A stretch of 64,000 nt of DNA from contig JAVZJD010000001.1 of assembly GCA_038870975.1 (NCBI GenBank), positions 832,001 to 896,000 of the forward strand, read 5' to 3'. The notes under the pieces were generated by a model. It searched no databases and was not told the DNA's origin. It saw only the letters and a program-made list of their open reading frames with translations. A program made the translations under genes and the position numbers. Positions 10,861 through 22,000 of this stretch are shown here, piece by piece. Origin of the DNA: Candidatus Bathyarchaeia archaeon. Its GTDB lineage: Archaea; Thermoproteota; CALKCG01; B24. How positions within the stretch are numbered: the stretch's first letter is position 1; each line of letters opens with the position of its first letter.

Positions 10861-12213
10861 TTATTTTGCTATTTCTTCAAGAATCCTCCCTTTTGTTTCA
10901 ACACCAAGTAAGACTACTGTAATAGCTCCTAGTAAATGGGCTACGGCAAACACTGTAAACGCTGCCGCCAGCCCTCCATAGGCATATAGAAGTGGTGTAG
11001 CTGTTGGTGCAACTACTCCAGCAAGACGACCTATGCTTGCGGCTATGCCTGACCCCGTCCCCCTGATACGAGTCGGATATAACTCTGGCGTATACGTATA
11101 TAGAGCCGACCAAGCACCTAAGTTGAAGAATGAGATAACAGTGCTCCAAAGGAGGATAAACGTCGGGTCTAAAGCCGTACTTAGTAAAATACTCCCCACA
11201 CCGGCTAAAGCGAGGTAAATAGTTGCAATGGGCTTTCTACCTACGCGGTCAAGCAAGAGCGCTGCACTGTAATAACCTGGAACTTGTGCTAGAGTAACTA
11301 TCATCGTCCATTCAATGGATTTAACCACGGTAAGCCCCATTTCTCTCACGTAGAATGTGGGAAGCCATATGAAAATCCCATGGTAGGTATATACCAAGAC
11401 AGCCCAAAGCATCCAAAGCAGAAGCGTCCTCTTCCAATAGAGAGAAGACCAAAGCTCTCTTATAGACTCCATAATACTGTACCTCCTGAAGCCGATGATC
11501 GATGGTTTTTCTTCAACGAAATCTTCTGGGATTAATCCATGTTTCTTAAGCAGGCTTACTGCTTCACGGACTCTCCCCTTAAGCTGTAAATACCTTAGTG
11601 ATTCTGGTGCGAAAAATACGACTAGATGTACTAAAAATAAAGGTATTAACGCCACTAGAAACGTCAGACGCCATCCAAAACTTGGAAATAGCACATAGGG
11701 GAAGATTAGGGAGAGCAATGCTCCATATACCCAAGAAGCTTCAATTAGACCTAAGAAGCGCCCCCTATATTTTGCTGGCACATATTCTGAAACGTAAACT
11801 CCTGGTTGTGGTAAAGCCCCTCCTAGCCCTATTCCCGCTAAAAAGCGTAAGAGAGCCATTGTTATAGGGTCTGATGCAATGGAATTGAGTGCTGTAAAAA
11901 CAGTCATAGTTAATATGGTGAAGAGAATAGTCCTCTTTCTACCTATACTATCAGCAAGAATACCGCAGGATAATGCGCCAATAAACATCCCTAGGTAGCC
12001 ACTACTTAAGAGAAGACCAGATGTAAGAGGTTGCGTCTCCAATCTAAACTCTTTAATTATCGGTGTTAGAACAGCTGCTATAAGCATAACATTCATACCT
12101 GTGAAGCAGTAAATGAGACTACCTAGGAGAAGTAGCCTATAGTGAAAGCGTGAAAGTGGTGCTTTTTCAAGTAGGTCTATCAGAGATTTCTTCTCCAATT
12201 TTTCACTCCTCAT
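10861..12213 (-). CDS. MFS transporter (sugar porter / aromatic acid, NiaP-like)
   Basis: 12 TM; GILADSIGRK, SEYVPAKYRG, PESLRYL, ELYPTRIRGTG and ETKG motifs. Confidence 0.9.
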   Translation of the reverse strand: MRSEKLEKKSLIDLLEKAPLSRFHYRLLLLGSLIYCFTGMNVMLIAAVLTPIIKEFRLETQPLTSGLLLSSGYLGMFIGALSCGILADSIGRKRTILFTILTMTVFTALNSIASDPITMALLRFLAGIGLGGALPQPGVYVSEYVPAKYRGRFLGLIEASWVYGALLSLIFPYVLFPSFGWRLTFLVALIPLFLVHLVVFFAPESLRYLQLKGRVREAVSLLKKHGLIPEDFVEEKPSIIGFRRYSIMESIRELWSSLYWKRTLLLWMLWAVLVYTYHGIFIWLPTFYVREMGLTVVKSIEWTMIVTLAQVPGYYSAALLLDRVGRKPIATIYLALAGVGSILLSTALDPTFILLWSTVISFFNLGAWSALYTYTPELYPTRIRGTGSGIAASIGRLAGVVAPTATPLLYAYGGLAAAFTVFAVAHLLGAITVVLLGVETKGRILEEIAK

Positions 12214-12341
12214 GCGATTTGACTAATTTTCCTAAAACAGTCTTAAGATTGAAAGCTGGAATTTAAACTTATTAGGAAGCACATATCTAAATGGCTCTCC
12301 TAGTAGGCTTAAACGTGTAGTCGTTAGATGCCATATGAAAA

Positions 12342-12899
12342 CTAAAGTGTTAATGTTAGAGCAACTTTTTCAGCAATTAGATTTTTAACAGCCTCCCACT
12401 TTCCCTTTGAATAATCAACTTCGCTTTCAACAGTTTCCTCTGAAATCCCGTACATCTTCATAATCCTATCTGATCTGTCTTCCTCAAGCAGGTGCATGTC
12501 CACATGGTTACAGTAGCGTTCCATAAGATTATTCAATACCTCTTCAACTCTATCCCTCTCCTCACAGACAACTATGAAAACAACGTCGCATAAGCCTCTC
12601 TTAATGCCTAAGATATCGAGTGCCTCGTTTATCTGACGCTGAGTAGATGCTCTGACCAAAATCTCCATGGATAGGCTCTTAGCTATATTCAGTTTACAGT
12701 TGAAAGCCTCCAAAGCAGTTAAAACAGAGATAAGAATATGTTTAAAGCCAGCTACATTCTTAGCATCTAAAACCTGGATATTCAAACCGCCGAAATCTTC
12801 CCGGACCTTTCCAATCAGTAGCTCAGGATCTTCCACATAGACTCCTCTAACAGTTAAAACCCCAAGGTATAATCCATATCCTTTAAGTTCCACTATCAT
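12342..12899 (-). CDS. cgi121: KEOPS complex subunit Cgi121
   Basis: IQVLDAKNVAGFKHI...NIAKSLSMEILVRASTQRQINEALDILG. Confidence 0.85.
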   Translation of the reverse strand: MIVELKGYGLYLGVLTVRGVYVEDPELLIGKVREDFGGLNIQVLDAKNVAGFKHILISVLTALEAFNCKLNIAKSLSMEILVRASTQRQINEALDILGIKRGLCDVVFIVVCEERDRVEEVLNNLMERYCNHVDMHLLEEDRSDRIMKMYGISEETVESEVDYSKGKWEAVKNLIAEKVALTLTL

Positions 12900-13485
12900 G
12901 GAGAAACTCCTTCACTATCCTATTGACTATTTTCCGTTTAACACCAGCCTCCACAAGAATCCTCTTAACGTCCCTTAAACTTCCCCCTTCAGCCTTAACT
13001 TTCAACCAGATCTTCGTAGCAGACTCTCTAATCTCATGTGGAAATATTATCCAAGCCTCCGTTTCCCTAACGTAATAGTCGGGCTTCACAATAGACCAAG
13101 GCTTAAAATACAGACACGCTATCCTAGTCTCTGAAGCACCCATATCTTTAAGATGGTTTTTAACAAGCATTAGACTTTTACCTGTATCTGCCACGTCATC
13201 GACTAACAAGACTTTCCTACCAGCCACGGAAACCTGTATATCCTGCGTTATCGAAGGCTCATCTCTAGTCTTCCCAATGTCCAGGTAAAACTCAACCTTT
13301 ATACTCGTAATATTTGGATTATCTAAAAAATCGGATAGAAGCCTAGCTGGCACCCATCCTCCTCTAGCTATGCCGACGATTAAATCAGGTTTAAAACCTG
13401 AAGCTTTAATCATCGACGCTAAATCTATACACATCTCGTAAATCTCATCCCAACTTGGGGCCTCATAAGCCACCATTTTAACCAC
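12883..13485 (-). CDS. Purine phosphoribosyltransferase (type I PRTase)
   Basis: IVGIARGG, PRPP-binding VLLVDDVADTGKSL, WIIFPHE. Confidence 0.9.
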   Translation of the reverse strand: MVKMVAYEAPSWDEIYEMCIDLASMIKASGFKPDLIVGIARGGWVPARLLSDFLDNPNITSIKVEFYLDIGKTRDEPSITQDIQVSVAGRKVLLVDDVADTGKSLMLVKNHLKDMGASETRIACLYFKPWSIVKPDYYVRETEAWIIFPHEIRESATKIWLKVKAEGGSLRDVKRILVEAGVKRKIVNRIVKEFLHDSGT

Positions 13486-13537
13486 CAGCCGAGTGAGGCA
13501 GTTAAATTTACGCTCAAATAGTACGTGGAGCGTTAGA

Positions 13538-15310
13538 CTATTCTAAGCTTGCTCTAATTAAGTCTAACGCATCTGCAACAGTCTTAGTGACGTTGAAAAC
13601 CTTTGCAGCATACTTCTCGTAAACTTCTCTTCTACTTGCAAGCCTGTAAAGTCTATCCATGAATATTCTTCCACCTTCAGGATTTTTAGCATTAACAACT
13701 ATAAAGGAGTAGTATCTGAAGAAGTCGTCTCCAGGACTTTTCCTGAAACCACTCTCACTTATACGTTTAACAACATCCTTAAGTTGCTTCTCAGCAACTC
13801 TATCGCCTTCCGAAGCCCTCTTTCTAACGTAATTTAAAGTATAATCCCAAATCTCCTCAAAAACCCTTCTCTCCTCACTCCCCTCAGGGAATTCAGACAA
13901 CGTTTCAAAAAACTTAAGCTGATATACCGTAGACATTTTAAGCTTTAACCTACCTCCACATGCCTTTGAAATAGTTCGATACACCTCGACGCTCTTATCA
14001 CTACCGGAGTGGAAGTCTAAAATCGCATTGAAATGCTCAGCTATAGACGATAGCACTCTAACCCTACCCTCAAGTTCATCCAAAGAGCCCCCATAATCCT
14101 CCCTCTTACTGAAACCCACATTGGGGGCTACCAAGTCGACGGGCATACCCATCCTCCTACACTCAGAGAGACAGTAGAACAACTCTTTAGGGTCTGTAAG
14201 CTCAGGTGTTTCATCAAGTGAAAGCTCATAGCTGAAATCCCAATCAACCTTACGCTTGAAATACTCATACAATTCTCTAGACTTAAGTAGGCATAATCGG
14301 TATTTTAAAGCGATCCTCATAACTTCCTCCTCCGTAAATGATATTTCAACCGAATCCAATACATAGCGATGGTTTGGACGAATATTACGAAGTACTTCAA
14401 AGGCTTCTCCACCAAACTCCATCAGAAACCTCTCTTCAACTCTTTCAATAGGCCACTTCGATGGATCTACAAACTCGTACCTGATAAGATCAGAAGCGTC
14501 AATCGTAATACCTCTCACAAAACCCGTTTTAACAGCCTCATCGATCACTCTTCTATTGTAATCCATAGAGGCTTCCAACCCCTCCGTCTCGCCCCCCTCC
14601 ACCCGCTCTCCATGTGATATTATCCTAGCTAGAGCTCTACCAGGCTGTCTAACGATGATTAAATGGTCTATCTCAGTACCGTAATCGTCGAAACCAGCTT
14701 TAAAACACTCCAAAGCAATAGTGTTATATAGGGTTTCAGCATCCAGCCCAGTATGACCAAGCCACTCTGGATACAAGCCAGGTGGCGCATTTACGACCTC
14801 TTTAAGGGAAAACTCTCTACCCGCTGACAATTGGAAATCCGCTGAAACACCAATTTTTTTCAAAGTATTCAATAAGTGATTAAGGGTAAACAACATTCTA
14901 ACACCCAATCCTAGTCTAGGCTTTCTACCCAGGTTTTTCGGCCCAAATTCAGGTCTTTCTCTCAAAAGCCTCCTCAAATTGTCAACATTAAAATCGACTA
15001 TAGATACTAAGTAACCGTAAAATTCACCTACAATATTATCCTTGAAAACAGTAGGAGGCTCTACTCCGTTCTTCGCCAAATACAGTATTTTCTCAACTCC
15101 ACATAAATCAGTCACACAGCATAACGCATCGCCTTTAACTCTAATCGAGTCGACCATCAATTTAACTTTTTCAAAATTGCGGTTTATATGCTCTATTATC
15201 TCTCTCACTTCCACTGTTAGACCAGCCCTCAAAACCCCGGATGCATCGACAAGTCTACACAGTTCTTCCAATTCACTCTTGAGAGCATCCTCCACCAATT
15301 GACAAACCAA
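13538..15310 (-). CDS. uxaE: Tagaturonate/fructuronate epimerase (UxaE family)
   Basis: DHL, TIDAS, ELSLDETPELTDPKE, LVAPNVGFSKREDY.GSL and FHSGSDKS motifs of the UxaE TIM barrel. Confidence 0.7.
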   Translation of the reverse strand: MVCQLVEDALKSELEELCRLVDASGVLRAGLTVEVREIIEHINRNFEKVKLMVDSIRVKGDALCCVTDLCGVEKILYLAKNGVEPPTVFKDNIVGEFYGYLVSIVDFNVDNLRRLLRERPEFGPKNLGRKPRLGLGVRMLFTLNHLLNTLKKIGVSADFQLSAGREFSLKEVVNAPPGLYPEWLGHTGLDAETLYNTIALECFKAGFDDYGTEIDHLIIVRQPGRALARIISHGERVEGGETEGLEASMDYNRRVIDEAVKTGFVRGITIDASDLIRYEFVDPSKWPIERVEERFLMEFGGEAFEVLRNIRPNHRYVLDSVEISFTEEEVMRIALKYRLCLLKSRELYEYFKRKVDWDFSYELSLDETPELTDPKELFYCLSECRRMGMPVDLVAPNVGFSKREDYGGSLDELEGRVRVLSSIAEHFNAILDFHSGSDKSVEVYRTISKACGGRLKLKMSTVYQLKFFETLSEFPEGSEERRVFEEIWDYTLNYVRKRASEGDRVAEKQLKDVVKRISESGFRKSPGDDFFRYYSFIVVNAKNPEGGRIFMDRLYRLASRREVYEKYAAKVFNVTKTVADALDLIRASLE

Positions 15311-15407
15311 TTAAAGAAAGCATTTACAACTACATTTAAGTTTAATTCCACACTTCTGCAAAGACAAACTCTTTTATAGTCCACATTCAAACCTTTAAAT
15401 TGAAAAT

Positions 15408-15486
15408 GGGGCCGTCGGCTAGTTTGGTCTAGGCTACGTGGCTCGGGCCCACGTGATCGCCGGTTCAAATCCGGCCGGCCCCACCA
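15408..15486 (+). tRNA. tRNA-Pro(CGG)
   Basis: Acceptor GGGGCCG/CGGCCCC-A-CCA (CCA encoded); anticodon arm CGTGG-CT CGG GC-CCACG; T-loop GTTCAAATC. Confidence 0.95.
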
Positions 15487-15641
15487 CTCTCTCATGATAA
15501 GAATCTCTTTTAAATCAAACAGTTCTCAAATGGGGGAAATATACTCGGCTTAATCTAACACCACTTAAATACGTCATAGTGGTGACCTATGTAGGTAACA
15601 TTTATATTATTTCTTAGACTTCTAATTTTCTGGTAAGTCCA

Positions 15642-16403
15642 TTGGACCGGGGTACCCCTAGCATATCTGAAATCGTCTCTACAACAATTCGAGAATTTAA
15701 TGAAACTTCTAACATGTTGAGAGACATGCGTATTAAACTGGAAAAGCTCAATCAATTGATTTCAAGCGGTCAAGTCAGCTCTCAAACAGCTGAATCCATA
15801 AGGAAAGACTACATATCTCAACTCATAGGGCTTCTAGACAAGTTTTTCAAGCTTAGATCAGAGCTGGAAGACTTAAGAGTTAGGTGTATAGTTGAAATGG
15901 AAAGGGCTAGGGTCAACGCTAGTGCAACGGGCTCTTCAGAGATAGTATCAAGACTTGAAGAACTTACGATAAGGATAGATGATGCCTTAGAAAGCCTAGA
16001 TATGGACGCCAGGCTCTTCATAGCTTCTCAGTACATCCAACACCTTAAAAGCCCAGATGTAGACCAAAGTACTTTAAAGGAGAAAAAGCTGGCATACCGT
16101 AGATTCGTCGACTCGATAATTGAAAGCTGGCTTGTAGATAAGGCAGATTTAGAATCGGAGCTATCCGATCTTGAAAGGGATGCTAACAATCTTAGGGAAC
16201 AGCTTAAAGAGCTGTGGGTTAGATTCATGGTCGGCGAGTATGACAGGGGGGAATATGATGCTAAGAGGGTTAGACTAGAGGAAGAACTTTCATCTATGAA
16301 TTCACGTATAACGGAACTTAGGAGTAGGTTGGATGCAATAGATGAGCGGATAATCGAGTTAACAAGCGTAATAGGAGCTGAGGAGGTTGAAGAAACCAGT
16401 TAA
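15642..16403 (+). CDS. Soluble coiled-coil protein with two CdvA/SHOCT-like hairpin motifs
   Basis: Heptad-rich, no TM; motifs KLEKLNQLISSGQVSSQTAESIRKDY and LKELWVRFMVGEYDRGEYDAKRVRL; no N-terminal PRC barrel. Confidence 0.7.
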   Translation: MDRGTPSISEIVSTTIREFNETSNMLRDMRIKLEKLNQLISSGQVSSQTAESIRKDYISQLIGLLDKFFKLRSELEDLRVRCIVEMERARVNASATGSSEIVSRLEELTIRIDDALESLDMDARLFIASQYIQHLKSPDVDQSTLKEKKLAYRRFVDSIIESWLVDKADLESELSDLERDANNLREQLKELWVRFMVGEYDRGEYDAKRVRLEEELSSMNSRITELRSRLDAIDERIIELTSVIGAEEVEETS

Positions 16404-19086
16404 TATTTTAATAGGAATTTTACTTCTGTCGACGCTTCTACCTGCTGCTTCTATTCTCAGCTCGGTTTTAGCCGGGTCGGAAACCAATCCAATACGAGTA
16501 TATGTTGAAACGCCTTTAAAACTCAAGTATGTTTCTGAGCCTGTTGTTTTTTCCGCTAATTTCTCCTATGGTGAGGCTGGTTTAGGCTCTCTGAGGGTTT
16601 TGGATGAGAATGGTTTTGAAATACCATATCAGATACTTGAAGCCCAATACTATCCAAACACTCAATACTACAGCTACGCTAAAATCCTAATCCTAACAGA
16701 CGTCTCAAGCAGTATGAATAGAAGCTACACACTCAAATACACACCGCAAGCTACAATCACACCAGATTATACAGAAAAGTCAGACTTGAAAGTGTTCAAA
16801 GTAGTTGTTGGAAATGAAACGCACTTAATCATTAAAAACAGCTACGTTCAAGCTGTCTTCATAGAAGGCTCTCCACTCGGTCTTTACGCTCTCTACGACC
16901 TCTCCTCAGGCTTAAATGAATCTATAGTTCCACCCTCGTGGAGCTTTGCATCGCCATGTGTAATGGTAAACAACACATGGCTCACGCCGGCCGATATGAG
17001 TAAGACAAACGTGACTATCTCAATCAACGGCTCACTTTGCGTCGAAGTCCGTGTAAAAGGCTCTTATCCTGGTGTTTTAGTTGAGAGGGTTTTCAGGTTT
17101 TACGCTAAAAGCCGCTTCTTCGACTTTGAAACAATATTCACACCCATAGGAAGCCCAACGATCACAGCCATAAGCCCATTCAACACAATGTACCGAAGAG
17201 AACTATACCAGATACTGCTATTATCAGACGGCTCTATCCTACCGTTGGCTTCGACATCTTACGTCGGATCGTTTAAAGCTGGAAATTGGTCTGCAATTAC
17301 CGGATCACATGGAGGAATATGGATAGCAATCGAACCTAGAGAAATTTTAACGCGTCTCATAATGCAGACCGATATACCAGGCTACTATATGATGACTTAC
17401 CTCGCCGACTGTATGAAACTCATTGAGGGCCAAACTTTGGCCTTTAAAGGTAGAGCTACATTACTTCATGAGCATTTTGATCTAAAAATGCTGGAGAATG
17501 AGTTTCTGAGGTTTAGAACACCCCCTATTGTCAAAGTTAAAACCCCTATGGCTTTGATTAAAGCTCAAGGACCGAGTCAGACGCTCCTAGGCAACTTTTT
17601 CACGATAGACCTAGACGTTATTGGTTTAAAGGATTTAAACGATGTGCTTTTGAATGCTTCTTATGGTTCTGGTTTGGAGTGTTTTTCTAAGGCTGTCTAC
17701 CGTAGCTCTCTACCAGCCTATAGTATTTGGACTACTCGCTGGCTATTCAGAGCTAAAGCTGAAGGCATATACAACATAGAATTCACACTAACAACATGGA
17801 ATGAAACATACACACTAATATACCCTATGAAAGTATTTCTACCTATTATAGCACCGTCCGTCAACGTAACGTTCTTCGTCTCAGATTACGATGGTGAATC
17901 CATCCAAAGAAATATCATGCTTAAGCTTGTAAACCCGGCTGGTATAACACTAAATCTCCCTATAGGCTCCTCTGGTAACGTGTCGGTTAAGATTCAAATG
18001 GGTCGGTATGAATGGTACGCATACGATGGAAATCAGACGATAGGTAAAGGCGTGGTGGAGATTTTCAGACCTGAGAATATAACTCTGAGGACTTGGCTTT
18101 ACGATTTCAACGTCGTGGTTTTAAGCACCGATGGTAGTCCATTGGCAGGTGTTTTAGCGATTCTCAAATCTCTGACTATGAATACAACAAAGGAATACGT
18201 CCGTTTATCCGGTTCAACAGGCTTAATACGGTTCAGCGACATCATAAATGGATCTTACAATCTTAAAATACTCGGATGGCAAGGCGAATTAATTGAAAAT
18301 ACAACTGTAACCATTCAGAAGGATGAGTTATACCATAGGGTAGTAGCTGAAGCTTGGGTTGTTAAAGTCCGAGTTTTAGATACAGATAGAGCCCCGGTTT
18401 TCAATGCATCTGTTTACCTACTCGATGAGAACATGACTCAGATAAAGACAGTAGAGACAGATGAGAACGGCTATGCTCTTCTAGGTGGGTTGGTTAGAGG
18501 AAACTACAGTATTAGAGTTGAATACTCAGGTGTGGTGGTCGGCTATCAGTACTTTAAAGTACCTATTGAAGGTCAAATTTTAGAAGCACCCTGTCGCATA
18601 TGTAGACTAGAAGTCATTCCTGTCGATCCGTGGAATAATCCTCTGATAGGATCGGAAGTTACTATATCGTTTAGACCAACACCTTACACATATCAGACGT
18701 TCAGCGGGGTTTTCAAGGATCCTGAAAAGCCAATATCCCTTTTGTTGCCTGAAGGTTCTTCATGCACTATTAGGGCCTTGAGCGGCCTGTATGAAGGTTC
18801 TTCAGATATAGTCGTTAGAAGGTCTACTAGGCTTGTCTTAAACACATCTATAAGAATGTCAGCTGTATTCATGCCTGGGTTGACGGTCTTCTTCTGGATA
18901 TTCGTGGTGTATAGTTGGCGGAGGAGGATTAGAGTCTTCTCGGTTGAGGTTTTAAAATTGAAGAGCATGCTGTCTAAACTCGAGGAACTCTACCGTAGTG
19001 GTGAAGTAGATGCCCCACTCTACGGAAAACTTAAAAGAGAGTATGAGGATAGGTTACATAAGCTTCTCGAAGGTGGTTCATCTTGA
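16387..19086 (+). CDS. Large single-pass surface glycoprotein: signal peptide, beta-supersandwich plus carboxypeptidase-regulatory-like Ig repeats, TM, cytoplasmic SHOCT/CdvA-like tail
   Basis: Signal peptide MKKPVNILIGILLL...; repeats of V.V.D.DG.P...A.V.L......TD.NG.....L..G.Y...; about 20 N-x-S/T sequons (manual count); TM AVFMPGLTVFFWIFVVYSW-RRR; tail LSKLEELYRSGEVDAPLYGKLKREY. Confidence 0.75.
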   Translation: MKKPVNILIGILLLSTLLPAASILSSVLAGSETNPIRVYVETPLKLKYVSEPVVFSANFSYGEAGLGSLRVLDENGFEIPYQILEAQYYPNTQYYSYAKILILTDVSSSMNRSYTLKYTPQATITPDYTEKSDLKVFKVVVGNETHLIIKNSYVQAVFIEGSPLGLYALYDLSSGLNESIVPPSWSFASPCVMVNNTWLTPADMSKTNVTISINGSLCVEVRVKGSYPGVLVERVFRFYAKSRFFDFETIFTPIGSPTITAISPFNTMYRRELYQILLLSDGSILPLASTSYVGSFKAGNWSAITGSHGGIWIAIEPREILTRLIMQTDIPGYYMMTYLADCMKLIEGQTLAFKGRATLLHEHFDLKMLENEFLRFRTPPIVKVKTPMALIKAQGPSQTLLGNFFTIDLDVIGLKDLNDVLLNASYGSGLECFSKAVYRSSLPAYSIWTTRWLFRAKAEGIYNIEFTLTTWNETYTLIYPMKVFLPIIAPSVNVTFFVSDYDGESIQRNIMLKLVNPAGITLNLPIGSSGNVSVKIQMGRYEWYAYDGNQTIGKGVVEIFRPENITLRTWLYDFNVVVLSTDGSPLAGVLAILKSLTMNTTKEYVRLSGSTGLIRFSDIINGSYNLKILGWQGELIENTTVTIQKDELYHRVVAEAWVVKVRVLDTDRAPVFNASVYLLDENMTQIKTVETDENGYALLGGLVRGNYSIRVEYSGVVVGYQYFKVPIEGQILEAPCRICRLEVIPVDPWNNPLIGSEVTISFRPTPYTYQTFSGVFKDPEKPISLLLPEGSSCTIRALSGLYEGSSDIVVRRSTRLVLNTSIRMSAVFMPGLTVFFWIFVVYSWRRRIRVFSVEVLKLKSMLSKLEELYRSGEVDAPLYGKLKREYEDRLHKLLEGGSS

Positions 19087-22000
19087 AAATGGTGAAAAAC
19101 GCTATTTTTCTACTTCTCCTTTTAACTCTTACACAGGTCTACGGATTTAATCTACCCGTGAAAGCCCAACAAACATCTGCAACGTCAACACCATATGTTA
19201 AATATACTTTAATAACATATTTCATGGACTATTTAACAAACTCTCCAGAGCCACGTTTAAACGTCACTTTGGTTTTAAACGGTTATACTGTAAAAGGTTT
19301 AACTGACGACTTCGGCTCTTTAAAATCCTCTTTTAATGCTTCGAGAGATTTAGCCAACGTTATTCTATTGAATAGTCTATCAGTATATGGTAATTTTACA
19401 GTCGTAAAAATTCAAGACTACATGATGGAATACTTAAGATACGATGTTACATACTCAAGAAACACAATAACCTACAGCGGTTTAGAAGTAAGGCCGACAA
19501 TAGTGACTGCAGAGAAGGAAATACTACTGTACTACTACATATACACGTTGAAGAGTAGATTCGTCAATGTAAGCGATTTAGACGTTTCAACGATGGAAAT
19601 TCTACCAAACGGTGAAGTGCAATTCAGAAGGGATAAAATGGTTTTAGACGCTAGACCAGCCGTACCCGTAAATAGACAGTTGAGTAGATATGAAAGCCTA
19701 TACCTATTCCCAATAAACTACACGGTCACAGTCAGAGTGAGAATCTTCAGGTTCAGGTTCTTACCTGAAACGTATCCAGTTAAAGTATTCGTTACTGAAA
19801 ACACATCCTACGTTAACGTTATGGGTCCGGTTTTACACTTCAGAATAAACGAGACAATATCACCTCTGATAGAGAGGATAGATACTCTGAAAACCCTAGG
19901 ACTTCCAATGGTAGATGAGGAAAGGCTTGTTACAAAAATAGTCAATCAGAACACCAACATACTTCAGCTGATTGAAAATCGGAGTTACGATTCAGCGTTA
20001 ACTCAACTGAGATTCCTAGCTAAAAAGATATCAAATCTCCAATCCAATCTGTCAAATCTCAATGCGTCTTTAATGTTATCATGTGTAATAGTTATAGCAT
20101 TCATATACGCATTTTCATCACTTACTTCCACTTTAATAACGGACGACGCGAGGAAGAAATTCTTGTTGAAATTCATACTATATTTCACGCTGTTCTTCAT
20201 CTTCCTTGTATCCCATAATGAATTTAAAATAGCATTATCAATACTTTCATCCAACTTCCTACTTACAGATATTAAATATTTAGACAATTTCACAGTCCTA
20301 GTTATAGGTTCAACCCTCGGCAGTCTAGGTATTCTAATACCAACATTAATATCTCTATATTCTCCACCAATCATAAGTTTAAGCCTAGATCTAAGCATAA
20401 GAGACGTAAAAAGACATCTGACAAGATCAATCCTAACAATCATAGCATTCTCTCTCATAATTGCATCAGTCTTAGCAGTATTCAAAATATCCTACAGTCA
20501 CATTTTAACTGAGAAAACAATTCAGACGTCCTTCAAAACAGACGTAATAGGTCTACAGTCAACTCAGGAAAATATAATAGTTAAAAACGATTTAATCTTC
20601 ATAAAATCCATGGAATGGGTAAATACAACATACTACGTTAAATCACTCTATGATACTATTACAATAGGTCCATTGTCAGGGTTCACTGCTATAAGATTGG
20701 TTTCCCCGAGCTCTGGACTCCTAGATCAGAGGCTTGACATAATTGGTGTGGACCCTGTTTTCCTAAACGACTACTTCAAGTTCTCTCTAAATATTGTAAG
20801 AGGTAGCTATATTTCTGGGAATGAAAGTGCAATTCTAGTGCCTTCTTCATTAAGCAACTCTTTAAGGCTCTCTGAAAAAGTCCGTGTTAGATTCGTAATA
20901 GTGAGTAATATTGCCAATAACTTGGTAGACGTCGCCGAGTACGACTTAGGCGACTTCATAGTTAAAGGCTTCTTCAATCCAGACTCCGTTGAAGAAGTTA
21001 AACTTCCAGACGGTTCTCCGCTGATAGAGTATCCATATAGGACGATAATAGTCTCTGAGTCTCTCCTTCCAGACTCTATTGACGCCCGTAGGTTGAGAAT
21101 AACAGTACCTAGGCTCTCGCTGGGGATTTCGCAAAGTGAGCCCTATTATATAGATATTTTCAAAGTTAAGCATGCTTTTATAGTTCCAGAACCAAAATTC
21201 CACGTGGACGTCTATGAAAAGGCTAGAGAACTTCTAGACCTTACAGGATGTAGAGTCTTCGCGTATTCAAATGGGGTATGTAAGACATTTGAAGAACTCT
21301 ACATTCTGAACATAGTCGGCTTTTCATCGATTATTCCACCTATTCTCATAGTGACTTCAATAATAGTTCTAACCATGAACTCTATAATCTACGAGAGGCG
21401 TAGGGAAATATGGACTCTAGCTGTTGTAGGAGGTAATCCACGTTCTATAACAAATATGTTTCTAATGGAAGCCCTCATAACAGGACTCCTATCTACAGCG
21501 ATAGGATATTTATTCTACACTGGCTTCTACTTGACGTCTGGCGTTCTCGCCCCGTTGGTAAGTAACTGGTACCCTGAATTATTCAACATATTTACTGAGA
21601 TGAAAATGGCTTCAGGCTTTGAGCTGACGTCTATTTTAGTAATAGTGCTCGTAGGATTAGGTGTCCCACTACTTGGAAGCTATATTCCATGCGTTAAAGC
21701 TCAAGGGCTAACCCTGCTTGGTAGAAGCCCTAGACGAAACATAGGTGCCGACGTGCGTAGACGTGGCGACACGGCTGAGTATGTGCTTCCAGTTAGAGCC
21801 ACACCGTTAGACGGTGAAGCACTATACACATATTTAAAGGACAACTTCTTCACACGTGCCTTCCAAGTTAGAAAGCTCTCTGGAAACGCCTACCAAGATG
21901 GGACATTCGACTTCAAATTCACATTCCAGTTTAGAAACGTGCTCACAGAATGTGTACTCAGAGGTGTTAGAAGAGGAGATACCATATATCCAATCTTGGA

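Noticed and set aside
15642-16403. Calling this gene bona fide cdvA
   Set aside because: It lacks the N-terminal PRC barrel and there is no adjacent cdvB or cdvC; only the coiled-coil hairpin resemblance is supported.
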